Below, one piece after another: positions 10,301 through 20,077 of a stretch of 64,000 nucleotides of DNA. Origin of the DNA: a virus (Duplodnaviria; Caudoviricetes). The stretch is from positions 706 to 64,705 of the IMG/VR virus record IMGVR_UViG_3300033991_000293, one strand, 5' to 3'. Each line of letters begins with the position of its first letter. Positions within the stretch are counted from its first letter, which is position 1. The notes under the pieces are model-generated. The model did no database searches and was not told where the DNA came from. It worked only from the letters and a program-made list of their open reading frames with translations. Both the position numbers and the translations under genes were made by a program.

Positions 10301-10654
10301 CACGGTCAGCCATTGGCCGACCGCCCAGACCACGTCGGAACATTCCGAAACGTAGAGAATTGAGGAAGTGGCAGCCTTCCGTATCCGTACAATCCCGATG
10401 TCGTAGCCCCCTGCGCCCCCACCCGCCGACCCGACCAGTAGAGTCATATCGGGCAAGATACTTCCCCAAGCAGGCCCGTCAGAGTAAGAGATCTGCACCA
10501 CCCGATCATTGGATGAGGGGAGTGGAGCAGCAACCCTGCCGGAGAAAATCACCTTGACTGGTTGGATGGCCAGGCCCACCCGCGAGACCTGCCCATCGGT
10601 CACCAGTTTCGTCAACTCGCCCCCATCTAGCGCCCGCAAAGCCCATCCCGCCAT
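7370..10654 (-). CDS. tail tip / baseplate hub protein with PKD-like domain, poly-Pro linker and Cys-rich C-terminal region
   Basis: Second gene after tape measure; FDGTDSW...ITGWSW...TITYNAAGWYRVSCTV PKD-like motif. Confidence 0.7.
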   Translation of the reverse strand: MAGWALRALDGGELTKLVTDGQVSRVGLAIQPVKVIFSGRVAAPLPSSNDRVVQISYSDGPAWGSILPDMTLLVGSAGGGAGGYDIGIVRIRKAATSSILYVSECSDVVWAVGQWLTVIEDFGIWAKHLRIVGRDPFVVYMDWDVAYGTQHLTCDPVPVLGPHVVKKLTGATVQVTGFDGTDSWVRGSTITGWSWAAPGASATSGMTTATPTITYNAAGWYRVSCTVMAANTKTFTGYRYVYIYDDAHPPLWAVEMGSCEGDSGRGGWSFRVTAHANATLAEIRNRALVILFAEDAYGPAEGSVGIVKERENILAIGWIVGESIIYDPAHGTVEFLAEGPQSLISKVTGFPSGVKDVGPATPATWLEMQNMKVEDALWHFLHWRSTCTRMMDIFPPGTNVPIGMINSGLATLWQQLQEIADRTIKAAARCDHLGRLYIQTDSQFVPVGSRSGITILSIQPDYWRDNVQIERQVLAAVGRIDLAGVAWSNVTQKGTPYFSLAPGHVMKQYGGVQAEDRLALTSQAQANLLAGLIMGHANNPYPSMLVRFGMNLRVLDICPWQYATISIAAGDNPRGVTLTDFKLIPRRVSYSLQGGEDGGVLLVDVDFEGYTVQETACDGDIPASPPSPALPPPPPPPPPPPLPPAVPAPDVVLAHDRINLVLTENFQSDSPTWRNVRGSIYGVLWTARLDMYDGKGAWAVTGTSGQTVTDTAANVGVWRCDNIFDVSPIWRLVYSQADAYAARVPAGDCGTYHYDDFWGQLRSLVSSGPGEASTGAAILPSVGYTETGARVGSTFYRITAYGGGEVTGGGGACGLCYSQQCPQPPYSQRYCHAGIGYCAGTFYIGQHFKVGTKQFGVYGGIPFPCGWYFEISGTSFCFLRIPQCPTPILDCPSPSAYRTITWSPGGLLPGYEDVHRNGVHHVALFGSEVYVSTEDAANGIDADGALWGPLGLIEDHVHREASYVNLTAGNDGVYWCPARDLGDNTNHVLRDGADIGINSDDLFGGGSQPGRIGYIGAVAMEGGDGLIILRKDKPHAVNPNKQAIYWWDGSAHDKTGNLLSVIPIWYGSGTVTAADPWAAGCDNVGASVFVCHLP

Positions 10655-11037
10655 CAGGTGACCTCCACCATATCACGGAACGTGACCACGAAGTCCAGCA
10701 CCCGACCTGCCGTGACCTCCTCCTCTTCAGGCCAGATCATGACCGCCTCGAACACCGTATACTCCTCAGTGTCATCCCGCTGTTTGGTTTGGATATAGAC
10801 CCTGGCTGATGCATTGGGGCAGAATTCCTTCAACTGGTCACGTTGTGCTAAAGACAGGAAACCCCATCGCCAGGTAGCAGATGGACGCCCGAACCCGCGA
10901 ACAGTAAGATCGCCCAGGTCAACCTCGACCTGGTAACGCTTATAGGTTGACTTGGGAGCGAATACTGGGACCGTCAACTCCTCCACGTTGACCATGCCCA
11001 CTTCCGTCTCGCCGATCTCAAACTCGTACACCGCCAT
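10654..11037 (-). CDS. distal tail protein (putative)
   Basis: Directly follows tape measure, translationally coupled; size and position typical of Dit. Confidence 0.6.
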   Translation of the reverse strand: MAVYEFEIGETEVGMVNVEELTVPVFAPKSTYKRYQVEVDLGDLTVRGFGRPSATWRWGFLSLAQRDQLKEFCPNASARVYIQTKQRDDTEEYTVFEAVMIWPEEEEVTAGRVLDFVVTFRDMVEVT

Positions 11038-14000
11038 TACTGCACCGCCCCACGCAAGACCTGCGTGAATTGATCCTGTGCCTCCTCAGCCGCCACGCGC
11101 CGGAACCATTGCCGCTCGGCCTCGGAAAACCCCCCGTGAAACTCATACTGCTGCACCAGATGAAGAACGGCCGTTTTTTGTACAGGCCGACCGGCAGCCC
11201 CATCCACTAATCGCGCCTGAGTCAATGGCCCTAAACCGCGCTCGAGTGCACGTGCTGTGTTAGCAGCCAACACGAACTCCCCTCGATGCATCCGATAGGC
11301 ATCGGTGTCGTAGATGTAGCCACCTGCCTGCCGCCTACGAGGGGTAGGGACAACTGTAGTCGATGGAGTGGGCAGATTCCGCACATAGTCCAGCCACAGT
11401 TGGCGTTTGCTGGCCAGCCACGTCTCTGCATCCTTCAGCATGGCCTGGTGGTACAGCGCCTGGCGTAACTGGCTTTGAGTATAGTACTTCAACTCGGCAT
11501 TGATTTTGTCGAAGTACTCTTTATCGAGTCTGTCCATATTGGCCTGATGTTCAGCCGTAAGTTTCTCGACCTGCTCGGTATGCTGTGCAATCCGCTCAGC
11601 CTTTTGGGCCTCGTACTGCGCCCGCATATCATCCATCTCGGCCTGATGTTGTCTGGCCCGTTCGACTTGGGATTCTGCGAAGTCTGCATCGGCCTGGGAT
11701 TGCCGACGAGCGAAATCTTCTTCTGTACGAGTCCGTTGGAGATTGTAGGATTCCTGCTCGCGTAGCATGCCCATCGCATCACGATCACGCGCCAGGTCAT
11801 CCATGCGCAGAAGGTGATCCTCTTCCATGCGCCGCATCTGGATTAAATGATCCTGCAACTCCTTTTCACGCTGACGCCGGTATTGCGCCTCGGCCTGGGT
11901 CTGCTCCTGATTGAACTGTGCCTCGGCTTTTGCCCACCGTTCAGCGAATTCTCGCCCCATCTTGTCTAGTTCAGCATTGAGGGAGTCCAGTGCAGACGTC
12001 ACTGCATCGTTAAAGCGGTCAGTTTCCTCGGTCTGTTTGCGCAGCAACTCAATGTACAGATCAACTGCCTTAGACTGCTCGTCTGTAAGCGGAGTGACCT
12101 GGGTGAGTGCATCAGGCAGTTTATACAGGGAAGCCGCCAGGTCATTGGTGGACGCCGTAGCCGCATCAGCCGCAGTCGCCTCGGCATCCATCGCCACCAG
12201 TGCCTGCTCCAGCGCCCCTTCCGTGGTTTGCAGTTCGGCCAATTTGTCTGAAACTGCCGTAGCCGACAGGAGCCTCATCCGCCCACCCATGATCTCGATC
12301 ATCTTCTGGTAGTCGGACGGCTCTGTGAGAGTTTGTCCGAACAGTAACTCCAATTGCCGACCGTAGAAATCGACAGTGCTTGTGGTTTGGGAAGCATAGC
12401 GGGAGACAACCTCGACGTCCTGGCGTATCTGCGCCAGCGCCGCCTCCATCTCCGCCCTGGCCTGTTGCGACAGTTCAGCCGCCCGCGCCTCGCCCGCAGC
12501 CTGGCCCTCAGCCGTAGTGAACCATCCAGCCAGGCCCTGGCCGGTCAAGCCCCGCGATAGCAACTCGCCGACCCCTGCAGCCAACAATGCACGTCCCAGG
12601 AAACCGGCAGCCGCACTAGCGAATGTAGCCGCCCCCGTCTTTTCGATAGCCGTCTCTTCGACGGCCCCCGCCTTTTCGATGCTCGTTTCTTCGACGGCTC
12701 CCGCCTTTTCGATACCAGCCGCCTGTTCAGCAGCGCCGGTCACGATAGCCGCAAACCGCTCGCCCGCCGAGACCACCTGGCCCTGGAATTGTGTCCCTGC
12801 CGCCCCCTGCGCCGCCATTGTCCTCTGCAAAGCGGTCCCCATCGTCTGGACAGACGTGACCAGCCGCATGGTCGAAATGACTGTGCGCAGGATAGTCGCC
12901 GCGATCGTTCCGCCTGCCGCCACCGCCACCAGCGTCCCGATCTCAGGATGTGCAGAGACCAGGTCAGTGATCTCGCGCATGTATGCTGCGCCCTTTTCAA
13001 TGTAGGGCAAGGCAAAGTCCAGCGCCGATTCCCCGATCTTCAGCCAGAAGCCCTTCCAACGCATCTCAGCCTGCTGGACGCGATAGACGTCCGACTGCTC
13101 CCAATCCGACAACTGCTTGTTCCATAAGTCCATCGCGCCCATCATCGAGACCGAGACCCCCTCCGTCTCCAGCCGCAGTTGGGCATAAGCCTCGACCTCG
13201 TCGTCTATGACGCCCGCCAGCAGTTTGGATTCCGCCCGCACGATGTTGATACCCTTTTTCCTGGCCTCGATCTGTTGGTTAACCAGCGCAGTAACAGCAG
13301 GCATGGCGTTAGCCGTGAACATAGTCGCCAACAGTTCTTCCCTCTGTTGCTCGGTAGAATTCTCGGCAGCCGCAGCCAGCATGTCAATCACGTTAGCCAG
13401 GCCGATAAATGTACCCTCGGCAGTGTAGAATGGCTGATCCGTACCGAAAGCCGCCTCGAGTGCCTTCTTTGTCTTGTCCGTTGGCTCAATGAGGGATAGC
13501 AGCATCTGGCGGTATGCCCGACCCGCCTGGGAGCCCCGAATATTCTCGTTAGCCATGATGCCCAACATGGCAGCCGTGTCCTCGATGGATTCCCCCATCG
13601 TATGGGCCTGGGGACCAACGAACTTGAAAGCCTCGGCCACATCCCCCACAGTCGCCAGGGTATCATCTGAGACCTTCATGAAGATAGAAGTAACTCGACT
13701 GGTGTCGTCGAGGGTAAGGGCATATTGCCGGAGTGCAGCCGCAGTCCCATCGGTCACGGATGTCGCCTGGGTTTGAGTAAGCGCCGCCAATTGCTGGATG
13801 GGGATGGTCTGTGTCAGAATGCGGTTTAGATCGCTTTCCTGCTCGACCTGTTGGCCGGTAGCCTGCGCCCATTTCGTGATTGCCTCTGCCGTCTCCTGCG
13901 GAGTGATCAGCCCCAACTCCGCCGACATAGCGATCACCTCATCCCGCATTTGATGGGTCATCTCCTGGCTGAGCAGCAGGGAACGTGAAGCGATGTCGGT

Positions 14001-17000
14001 TTGCCTGGCCAAGTCCAGGTAGGATTTAGCAGCCATCGTCAGGGAGCCCGCCAGCGCAGCCGACGTGTACTGGATCGTCCTGGTCACATTTGAGATATCG
14101 CCCATGACCATGAAAAGGCCATGCGATTCCATTCTCGCCCGTGACAATTCACGCCCATATCGCCCCAAGACACCGAAAGCCCCCTTCGACGTAGCCGCAT
14201 ACTGCCCTGTACGCCGGTTAAGTTCGCTCTGCTCTTTGGAAATCCTCTGGAGAGTCCCGACGATAGTCTGGAGGGGAACACCCGCCTCGATAGCCTTCTG
14301 GATATAGTTGTCCCATTGGATACCCAATTGAGCAGCCATTTGCTTGGCCTGGCCTTCCAACGCCAGCGCCCGCTCTTTTTCTTTCGATAGCCGTTCTTGA
14401 TCCTTGATTTGGGCCTTTGCACCGGCAGTGGTACGCCGCTCGGCCTCAATCATCACAGCAGCCGCAGCCTTCGCCTGCTGCACCTCGGCCTCGCGTAAAG
14501 CCTTCGCTTTGAGGGTAGCACGCTCGGCAGCCTCGGCCTTTTGGGCCTGCCGTGTTTTGGCCTGCGCCACCGTCTCCGCCGTCAGCCGTTTCTCCTCCTC
14601 GATCTGGGCCTGGGTAGTGGCCCTGGCCTGAGCGATGGTCTGCTCGGCCAGCGCCCGCGCAGCCTGCGCTCGCTCGGCAGCCTCGGCCTTCGATGCCGCC
14701 ACCAGGCCCTGCCCCTCTGCGCCGGTCACGAATTTGCGCGCCTCGGCCTGGATGCGCTCGGTTTCACGTTGTGCCTCCAGTGTCACCATCTGGCCGACTT
14801 GGTCAGCCGCCTGTAGCAATTGCTGTTCGGAAACCGCAACTTGGTTGTAAGTATTCGCCACCTGATCGGCCAATACTGCCTGCTGGCCAGGATCAGTGGG
14901 GGGAGCCTGGGCCAGCATACGTTCGTAGACCTCGACATCCTGAAGCAGTTGGGCATGTTGCAACGCCGCCAATTGCGCCTGCTTTTGGACAATGGCATTG
15001 GCAATCCTGTCCATCTCAGTGGCATCCTGTCGGGCAACTTCCTCGATGCCGGTCTTCAGCGCCTGATACCACCGATCTCCCTCGCGCTCGAGTGCACCAT
15101 AACGCTCCCTGGCCTCGCCACCGCCCTTCTGCCATATACTCTCGCCGGCTCCAACCTTGAACCCGACAGGTAGCATCCCCTGGGCAAGTTTGGCCTGGAC
15201 TTCTGCCGTCTCCCCTAGAACCCGCCTGACCTCGTTGGCAGCCTCTTCGAAGCCCAGACGATACCGCTCGCCCGCCTCCGACCCCCGAACTGAAGCCCGT
15301 TCGAACTCGGCCTCGAGTGCACGGATCTCCTGCTTCAGCATCATAGTCTGTGAAGCCACCTGCTCGGCAGGGAATGCAGCCGCGATCTCCGCGAACGCTT
15401 TGACTAGCCGGTCAGCCGCCACCTCGCCCTGACTGGCCAGGGAAGCAAAAACAGGTTGCTGGCCAATGGATGCCAACCAGACCTCGATCTCCTGTACCAT
15501 CTCAGGGATGATAGACCGACCGACCAGCCGTTGACGTACCCATTCCCAAATCCCGACGATTCCCCGACCAGTCCGCTCGGCTGCCGCTCGCGCCTCTTCG
15601 CCCTCCATCGCCTGCAGGATACCAGCATGGAGTTTTTGCGCCTCGACGGTCAGCCTGGCCATGACCTCGGTGACCCCTGCTGCCGCCACCTCGAGTGGGA
15701 TACCCGCCCGCGTTTCTGTCCGGATCTCGCGCCTGCCCACGGCCTCGATCTGTGCCAGTGCATACCGTTCGGTCTTACCCAGGCCACTGGCAGCCAGGGA
15801 AGCCTCGTCCATGACCCTGACCAGTCCACCAATAGCCGCCTGCTGATCTTTCAGGATCGCCGTGGTCTGGCCCGCCACCTGCTCCAGCGCACGCTCGGCA
15901 GTGATGAAGTCAACCATCGTACCCTGCGCCTCTTTGGGTAACTCAACCTCGCCGCCCTTGATCATCCCGCCGAAAGCACGTTTTAACTGAGTCTGTAGCC
16001 GTTTGCGCTCTTCGAAGATTGCCTGCATCTCCTGAAGCGCCTGGCCTGCCGCACTTTGCCCCGCAGCCCGCAGATCTGCGGAGATTTGCTCCACTGACCC
16101 CGTAGACCATTCACGCCAGAATGCGAACTCCTCACGCAAAGGTTGCTGGAGCAGGGTACGCCGTAGAGCCATCTGCTGCTTCAAATCCTCCGCATCGCCG
16201 GTCATGGCCTGGGTACGAACAGTGTCGTATTCCTGCGTCAGCGCCATGTATTTCTGTTCCAATTCGGAGAAGCCTTGCTCCCAGGCTTTCTCCTCCTCTG
16301 TAATTGCCCCGTAGATACTGGTCAGGGTAGGTGGGCGTTTGGCAAGTTGGGCCTGCATCTGCTCCTGCATCTGGGCGATGGCCTCGGCGAGGGGAGCAGC
16401 CCTCTCCCGTGCAGCAGCAGCCGCAGCGTCCATCCGCTGACTGACCTGCTTTTCCAGGGGAGCCAATTCTGCATCGATACCCGCGATGGCTTTACGAATT
16501 TTGTCTCGATGGTATGGCTCCTCTAGCCCTTTGAACATTTCAGACAGTGTGGCCAGTGGCCCGCCACCCAGGGGTTGCACCTTTACCCGACCCAACTCAG
16601 CGAAAGCCTGGTTTAACTGCGTGATCCTGGCCTGCAATTCCTGCATGCGCAGGGATAGATCGAGAGTCCGTTTATCCTGGGCCGAAAGCGCCTGTTCCAG
16701 TTCAGGCATACCCTCAAGCAGGTCAGGGGCAAAGTGGGCAGCCTGCCCCACGTGCACCAAGCCCGTGATCTTGCTTTGCAAGTCGACGAGTTTCTCTTCC
16801 AGGTAGACCCACTGCCGCCCCAGGCCAGTGGCGATGGCCCGCCCCAGTGCACCAGCATCCTCACGCATCTCGTGCACCAGGTCATGCGCCCGTAGCAGGC
16901 CCTGGACATCTACCGTACCCTGGATGAGGATACGTTGGCCCGCCTCCTCTTTGAGCAGCCGGAGTGCAGCCTCGGCCTGGTCAAGCCCCGTGATCTGCAC

Positions 17001-17186
17001 CATGCCCTGGATGGCCACCTGCTGGCCTTTGGCAGCCAGCAGTTTCTCCAGGCCGGAGATATCGAACTGAATGGCGCCTGCGCCCGCGATCTGCGCCTCG
17101 ATAACCTGGCGGAGTCTCTTGGCCTCGGCCTCGGCCTCTCGCCCGTCTATGGTAATTTTGATCTCGTATCTGTCGGCCACCGGCAC
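11037..17186 (-). CDS. tail tape measure protein (TP901-type core)
   Basis: 2049 aa helical A/E/Q-rich; VAEAFKFVGPQA...SIEDTAAMLGIMANENIRGSQAGRAYRQML core motif. Confidence 0.95.
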   Translation of the reverse strand: MPVADRYEIKITIDGREAEAEAKRLRQVIEAQIAGAGAIQFDISGLEKLLAAKGQQVAIQGMVQITGLDQAEAALRLLKEEAGQRILIQGTVDVQGLLRAHDLVHEMREDAGALGRAIATGLGRQWVYLEEKLVDLQSKITGLVHVGQAAHFAPDLLEGMPELEQALSAQDKRTLDLSLRMQELQARITQLNQAFAELGRVKVQPLGGGPLATLSEMFKGLEEPYHRDKIRKAIAGIDAELAPLEKQVSQRMDAAAAAARERAAPLAEAIAQMQEQMQAQLAKRPPTLTSIYGAITEEEKAWEQGFSELEQKYMALTQEYDTVRTQAMTGDAEDLKQQMALRRTLLQQPLREEFAFWREWSTGSVEQISADLRAAGQSAAGQALQEMQAIFEERKRLQTQLKRAFGGMIKGGEVELPKEAQGTMVDFITAERALEQVAGQTTAILKDQQAAIGGLVRVMDEASLAASGLGKTERYALAQIEAVGRREIRTETRAGIPLEVAAAGVTEVMARLTVEAQKLHAGILQAMEGEEARAAAERTGRGIVGIWEWVRQRLVGRSIIPEMVQEIEVWLASIGQQPVFASLASQGEVAADRLVKAFAEIAAAFPAEQVASQTMMLKQEIRALEAEFERASVRGSEAGERYRLGFEEAANEVRRVLGETAEVQAKLAQGMLPVGFKVGAGESIWQKGGGEARERYGALEREGDRWYQALKTGIEEVARQDATEMDRIANAIVQKQAQLAALQHAQLLQDVEVYERMLAQAPPTDPGQQAVLADQVANTYNQVAVSEQQLLQAADQVGQMVTLEAQRETERIQAEARKFVTGAEGQGLVAASKAEAAERAQAARALAEQTIAQARATTQAQIEEEKRLTAETVAQAKTRQAQKAEAAERATLKAKALREAEVQQAKAAAAVMIEAERRTTAGAKAQIKDQERLSKEKERALALEGQAKQMAAQLGIQWDNYIQKAIEAGVPLQTIVGTLQRISKEQSELNRRTGQYAATSKGAFGVLGRYGRELSRARMESHGLFMVMGDISNVTRTIQYTSAALAGSLTMAAKSYLDLARQTDIASRSLLLSQEMTHQMRDEVIAMSAELGLITPQETAEAITKWAQATGQQVEQESDLNRILTQTIPIQQLAALTQTQATSVTDGTAAALRQYALTLDDTSRVTSIFMKVSDDTLATVGDVAEAFKFVGPQAHTMGESIEDTAAMLGIMANENIRGSQAGRAYRQMLLSLIEPTDKTKKALEAAFGTDQPFYTAEGTFIGLANVIDMLAAAAENSTEQQREELLATMFTANAMPAVTALVNQQIEARKKGINIVRAESKLLAGVIDDEVEAYAQLRLETEGVSVSMMGAMDLWNKQLSDWEQSDVYRVQQAEMRWKGFWLKIGESALDFALPYIEKGAAYMREITDLVSAHPEIGTLVAVAAGGTIAATILRTVISTMRLVTSVQTMGTALQRTMAAQGAAGTQFQGQVVSAGERFAAIVTGAAEQAAGIEKAGAVEETSIEKAGAVEETAIEKTGAATFASAAAGFLGRALLAAGVGELLSRGLTGQGLAGWFTTAEGQAAGEARAAELSQQARAEMEAALAQIRQDVEVVSRYASQTTSTVDFYGRQLELLFGQTLTEPSDYQKMIEIMGGRMRLLSATAVSDKLAELQTTEGALEQALVAMDAEATAADAATASTNDLAASLYKLPDALTQVTPLTDEQSKAVDLYIELLRKQTEETDRFNDAVTSALDSLNAELDKMGREFAERWAKAEAQFNQEQTQAEAQYRRQREKELQDHLIQMRRMEEDHLLRMDDLARDRDAMGMLREQESYNLQRTRTEEDFARRQSQADADFAESQVERARQHQAEMDDMRAQYEAQKAERIAQHTEQVEKLTAEHQANMDRLDKEYFDKINAELKYYTQSQLRQALYHQAMLKDAETWLASKRQLWLDYVRNLPTPSTTVVPTPRRRQAGGYIYDTDAYRMHRGEFVLAANTARALERGLGPLTQARLVDGAAGRPVQKTAVLHLVQQYEFHGGFSEAERQWFRRVAAEEAQDQFTQVLRGAVQ

Positions 17187-17189
17187 CGC

Positions 17190-17450
17190 CTACTGTCCTG
17201 TTGACAAGTCAACGCCATTACCTGCATCCTGGAAGATGGCCACGCAAGCCTCGATCTGTTCAGGAGTCAGAAAAGCCGCCATTTGCCCCATCAACTGCTC
17301 GAGTTTGTCAATGATGATCATCAGCGCATGCCCAGGTAGACCAGCAGGGGCATTGCAAGCATACCCCTGGCAGTTGGCAATCAAAGCCAATTCCCGCTCG
17401 GTGAAGATAACCCCAGGAGTCCACAGTTTGTCGAAAGCCTCGCCCATCAT
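17190..17450 (-). CDS. hypothetical protein
   Basis: Coupled ORF in the late operon. Confidence 0.6.
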   Translation of the reverse strand: MMGEAFDKLWTPGVIFTERELALIANCQGYACNAPAGLPGHALMIIIDKLEQLMGQMAAFLTPEQIEACVAIFQDAGNGVDLSTGQ

Positions 17451-17794
17451 ATCACCGCCCGCAGGATCACGGTAAAGACCCGCTCGGCCTCCTGCTCGAT
17501 GTCCACGTCCCCCGCTGTGCGGCTCCAGAGTTTGATGAAGCCGGCACCGACGATACTGGCAGGGGCCACCTGGACCCCATCGACCTGGAGCGTGATCCCG
17601 ACCCGATCACCCGCTGTGTCGTAGGGGGGAACGAATGTCCCCGTGAGGGTGGGGGAGACCTTGAAGCCCAAGACCGCATCAGTCCATTCGGCAGGCATCA
17701 CGAACCAGATGCCTGTCACCTTCCGCACGTCCAGGATGTTCGACAGACTTGCCTCCTCGGCGATGGTCATTGTTTGCGTCTCGTACCAGACCAT
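17447..17794 (-). CDS. virion-associated hypothetical protein, paralogue A
   Basis: RBS GAGGTGG; similar to 17806-18150 (P..WT.AVLGFKV.PT..GTF; VGAGF.KLWS). Confidence 0.75.
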   Translation of the reverse strand: MVWYETQTMTIAEEASLSNILDVRKVTGIWFVMPAEWTDAVLGFKVSPTLTGTFVPPYDTAGDRVGITLQVDGVQVAPASIVGAGFIKLWSRTAGDVDIEQEAERVFTVILRAVI

Positions 17795-17805
17795 GATACC
17801 ACCTC

Positions 17806-18150
17806 TCAACCCGCCCGCAGGATCACGGTGAATGTCCGTGCAGCCGCCTGGTTGACGTTTGCGCCTGCACCATCATGGCTCCAGAGTTTGACGAAGCCGG
17901 CTCCAACTACTCCAGCAGGGACAGGTTGCTGGCCACCGGTCACCAGCGTCTCCCCGATCAATGCCCCCGCAGCATCCGAGAGTGGAGCGAATGTCCCACC
18001 GGCAGTGGGGCAGACCTTGAAACCCAACACTGCTGCAGTCCATGCAGCCGGAGTGACCAGCCAAATCTCGGTCACCTGCCGAGTGTCGAAAGCGCCCGAT
18101 AATGCCGTATCTTTGGCGATGGTGACTGTCAGCGTATCATATCCGCTCAT
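17806..18150 (-). CDS. virion-associated hypothetical protein, paralogue B
   Basis: RBS GGAGGT; tandem paralogue of 17447-17794. Confidence 0.75.
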   Translation of the reverse strand: MSGYDTLTVTIAKDTALSGAFDTRQVTEIWLVTPAAWTAAVLGFKVCPTAGGTFAPLSDAAGALIGETLVTGGQQPVPAGVVGAGFVKLWSHDGAGANVNQAAARTFTVILRAG

Positions 18151-18359
18151 CCTGCTACCTCCTGGAGGGGAGCAGACCAGTGGGCAAGATTGCCCTGCAC
18201 CTCCATCTCGCCATAGCAGTCCATACCCCAACCCTCAGTCTTGACCGCACCTGACTCGATTTGCCGCAGGATGTCGGCCAATATCTCGACGGCAGCCGCC
18301 TGGCCACGTATCTTCAAGGTGATGGTCACCGTGAATAGTTCTTCACCATCTGTGCCCAC
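18147..18359 (-). CDS. hypothetical protein
   Basis: RBS AGGAGG; ATGA coupling. Confidence 0.6.
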   Translation of the reverse strand: MGTDGEELFTVTITLKIRGQAAAVEILADILRQIESGAVKTEGWGMDCYGEMEVQGNLAHWSAPLQEVAG

Positions 18360-18368
18360 TGTAGCCTC

Positions 18369-18977
18369 CTATAACCTCTCTAACCTCTGGTGCAGGATTC
18401 TGACCACCTGCTCGTCCAATTGTGTAAGTGCCCCCGCCGAAAGCCCCACGAACGGACGAGGGGGAACGGGAGCCCCCTGGGTGGGTATCCTCAGATTTGC
18501 CCACCCAGGCCCTGTGACCTTTGCCCAGGATACCTGGCGCACGAACCCGCCCGCATGCAGGGTTGCGATTCGGTCTGGAGTCCTCGGATCATCCTCTGCG
18601 CTCAGGGTAATGAAAGTCGCCCCCATCTCCCGCTCAATCTCGGTGATGTTCCTGGGATGTCTAGGATCGGTGAAGGACAACTTCAAATCCTGAGTCCGAA
18701 CCAGAATGGGATGGGCAGCACCCACCCGAAATGGTATGCCACGTTCGTCGATGCCCTTTTTCCTCTGTTTCTGTGTCCGCTCGGCCAGGGGTACCCAGGG
18801 AACACCCTCGGGTGACCGTTCGCGCTCGAAGTTCTGCGCGATTCCCCGCCGACCGGTATCCGCCACGATCTCAGCCTCCCGCTTGCCCAATTCACCCAGG
18901 GAGCCCAGGCCCTCCCAAAGTGCATCCCAATCGGCCTGGGAACTCTCCGAAAGCCCAAAGGAAAATGGTATGCCCAT
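18369..18977 (-). CDS. phage virion morphogenesis / tail completion protein (Mu gpG / P2 gpS-like)
   Basis: QNFERERSPEGVPWVPLAERT...IL..T..L..S...PPRPFVGLS motifs; TGATG coupling. Confidence 0.8.
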   Translation of the reverse strand: MGIPFSFGLSESSQADWDALWEGLGSLGELGKREAEIVADTGRRGIAQNFERERSPEGVPWVPLAERTQKQRKKGIDERGIPFRVGAAHPILVRTQDLKLSFTDPRHPRNITEIEREMGATFITLSAEDDPRTPDRIATLHAGGFVRQVSWAKVTGPGWANLRIPTQGAPVPPRPFVGLSAGALTQLDEQVVRILHQRLERL

Positions 18978-19450
18978 CACCAAACCCCTGCAAGTTTCAG
19001 AACAGCCGCAATGACGGCCAACGCCTCGCCGATCTTGAACACCTTCTGAGTGATGTCCCATAGCCGGCTCCAGAGTGCAGCCTGGCCCGCTTTCATTTCC
19101 GCCTCCACGTGATTGGCCTTTGCCAGTGCCCGTTGTTCCCCCTTTTCCAATTCCTGCTGGAGCCTGGCACGTTCGGCCTGATACCATTGCTCGCGTACCT
19201 GGTTGATGGCCTCCAGTTCGGCCAACTTTGCCACGTGTGCCCCAACAACGCCCCGCAAGTCGTCCAGGTCTTTCGAGTGGGAGTCTGACCGATCTTCAAC
19301 GTGTCGCACCCGACCATTGATCTGCCCGACCTGCAATGCCAGTGCATTGATTGCCGCTTGCAGATTCGCAAAGCCCGTCTCAATGCTGGTACGGATTTGC
19401 TCGACGCAAGTCCGCAAACTGTCCAGGCCCATTTCCCATGTATCCACCAT
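18977..19450 (-). CDS. coiled-coil protein with C-terminal membrane helix (XhlA/holin-like)
   Basis: Heptad region QINGRVRHVE followed by hydrophobic ALAVIAAVLKLAGVW. Confidence 0.55.
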   Translation of the reverse strand: MVDTWEMGLDSLRTCVEQIRTSIETGFANLQAAINALALQVGQINGRVRHVEDRSDSHSKDLDDLRGVVGAHVAKLAELEAINQVREQWYQAERARLQQELEKGEQRALAKANHVEAEMKAGQAALWSRLWDITQKVFKIGEALAVIAAVLKLAGVW

Positions 19451-19546
19451 AATGTTCTCTCCTGCAGCAAAACGGCGAGAAAGGAAAGCCCCCTCTCGCC
19501 GCCACAATCAAGTGCCCCGTAGGGGCATCGGCCAAAGCCTGCCTTC

Positions 19547-19789
19547 CTACGTAGCCGCTATGGTGTGCCAGTCCGTGGTGTATACCGCCAGGTAATACTT
19601 CGAGTCCCCGCTGTTGTAGTAAGTGACGTGATCACCCAGGCCGACTGACCGCCCTGACGCCGCCAACCATGCAGCCGTTAGAGCAGCAGAATCCGGATTC
19701 GCCAGCGTCCCCAGGTAGATGGGACCGTGATATTCTGGATGAGCCAACAACACGCCAGGCCGAATTTCTGGAACCATATCCACCGGCAT
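19547..19789 (-). CDS. hypothetical protein
   Basis: RBS GGGGGT; in the late operon. Confidence 0.6.
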   Translation of the reverse strand: MPVDMVPEIRPGVLLAHPEYHGPIYLGTLANPDSAALTAAWLAASGRSVGLGDHVTYYNSGDSKYYLAVYTTDWHTIAAT

Positions 19790-19799
19790 CGCGTACCCC

Positions 19800-20060
19800 C
19801 TATGATTTGTCCAGGCCCATGTCCCGCCTGATCATCCGATTCAACCATTCGAGAATAGCCAAATCGTGCAGGAACCAGTCAGGCCAGTCCACCAGTCCGC
19901 CCCCGAACAGGGGCAATTGCCAATCGAACCGTTTGCCGAGTTTCCACAAGGAAAAAGATAACTCAGGTTTGACTAATTCCCAACCAGCGTCCTCCTCCAG
20001 CATCCCTGGATCACTGGAACGTTCCAGTTGGCGATTGTAGTCGATCAGCCAGACCCGCAC
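19800..20060 (-). CDS. tail assembly chaperone, frameshift extension (gpT-like)
   Basis: In the -1 frame of the upstream gene, with no stop between the slippery site and this ORF; LPLFGGGLVDWPDWF motif typical of TAC extensions. Confidence 0.75.
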   Translation of the reverse strand: MRVWLIDYNRQLERSSDPGMLEEDAGWELVKPELSFSLWKLGKRFDWQLPLFGGGLVDWPDWFLHDLAILEWLNRMIRRDMGLDKS

Positions 20061-20077
20061 CTGCTGCTGGTGACCAT

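Noticed and set aside
3521-10654. Diversity-generating retroelement acting on tail genes
   Set aside because: No reverse transcriptase; both repeat copies are coding and their differences are not adenine-specific.
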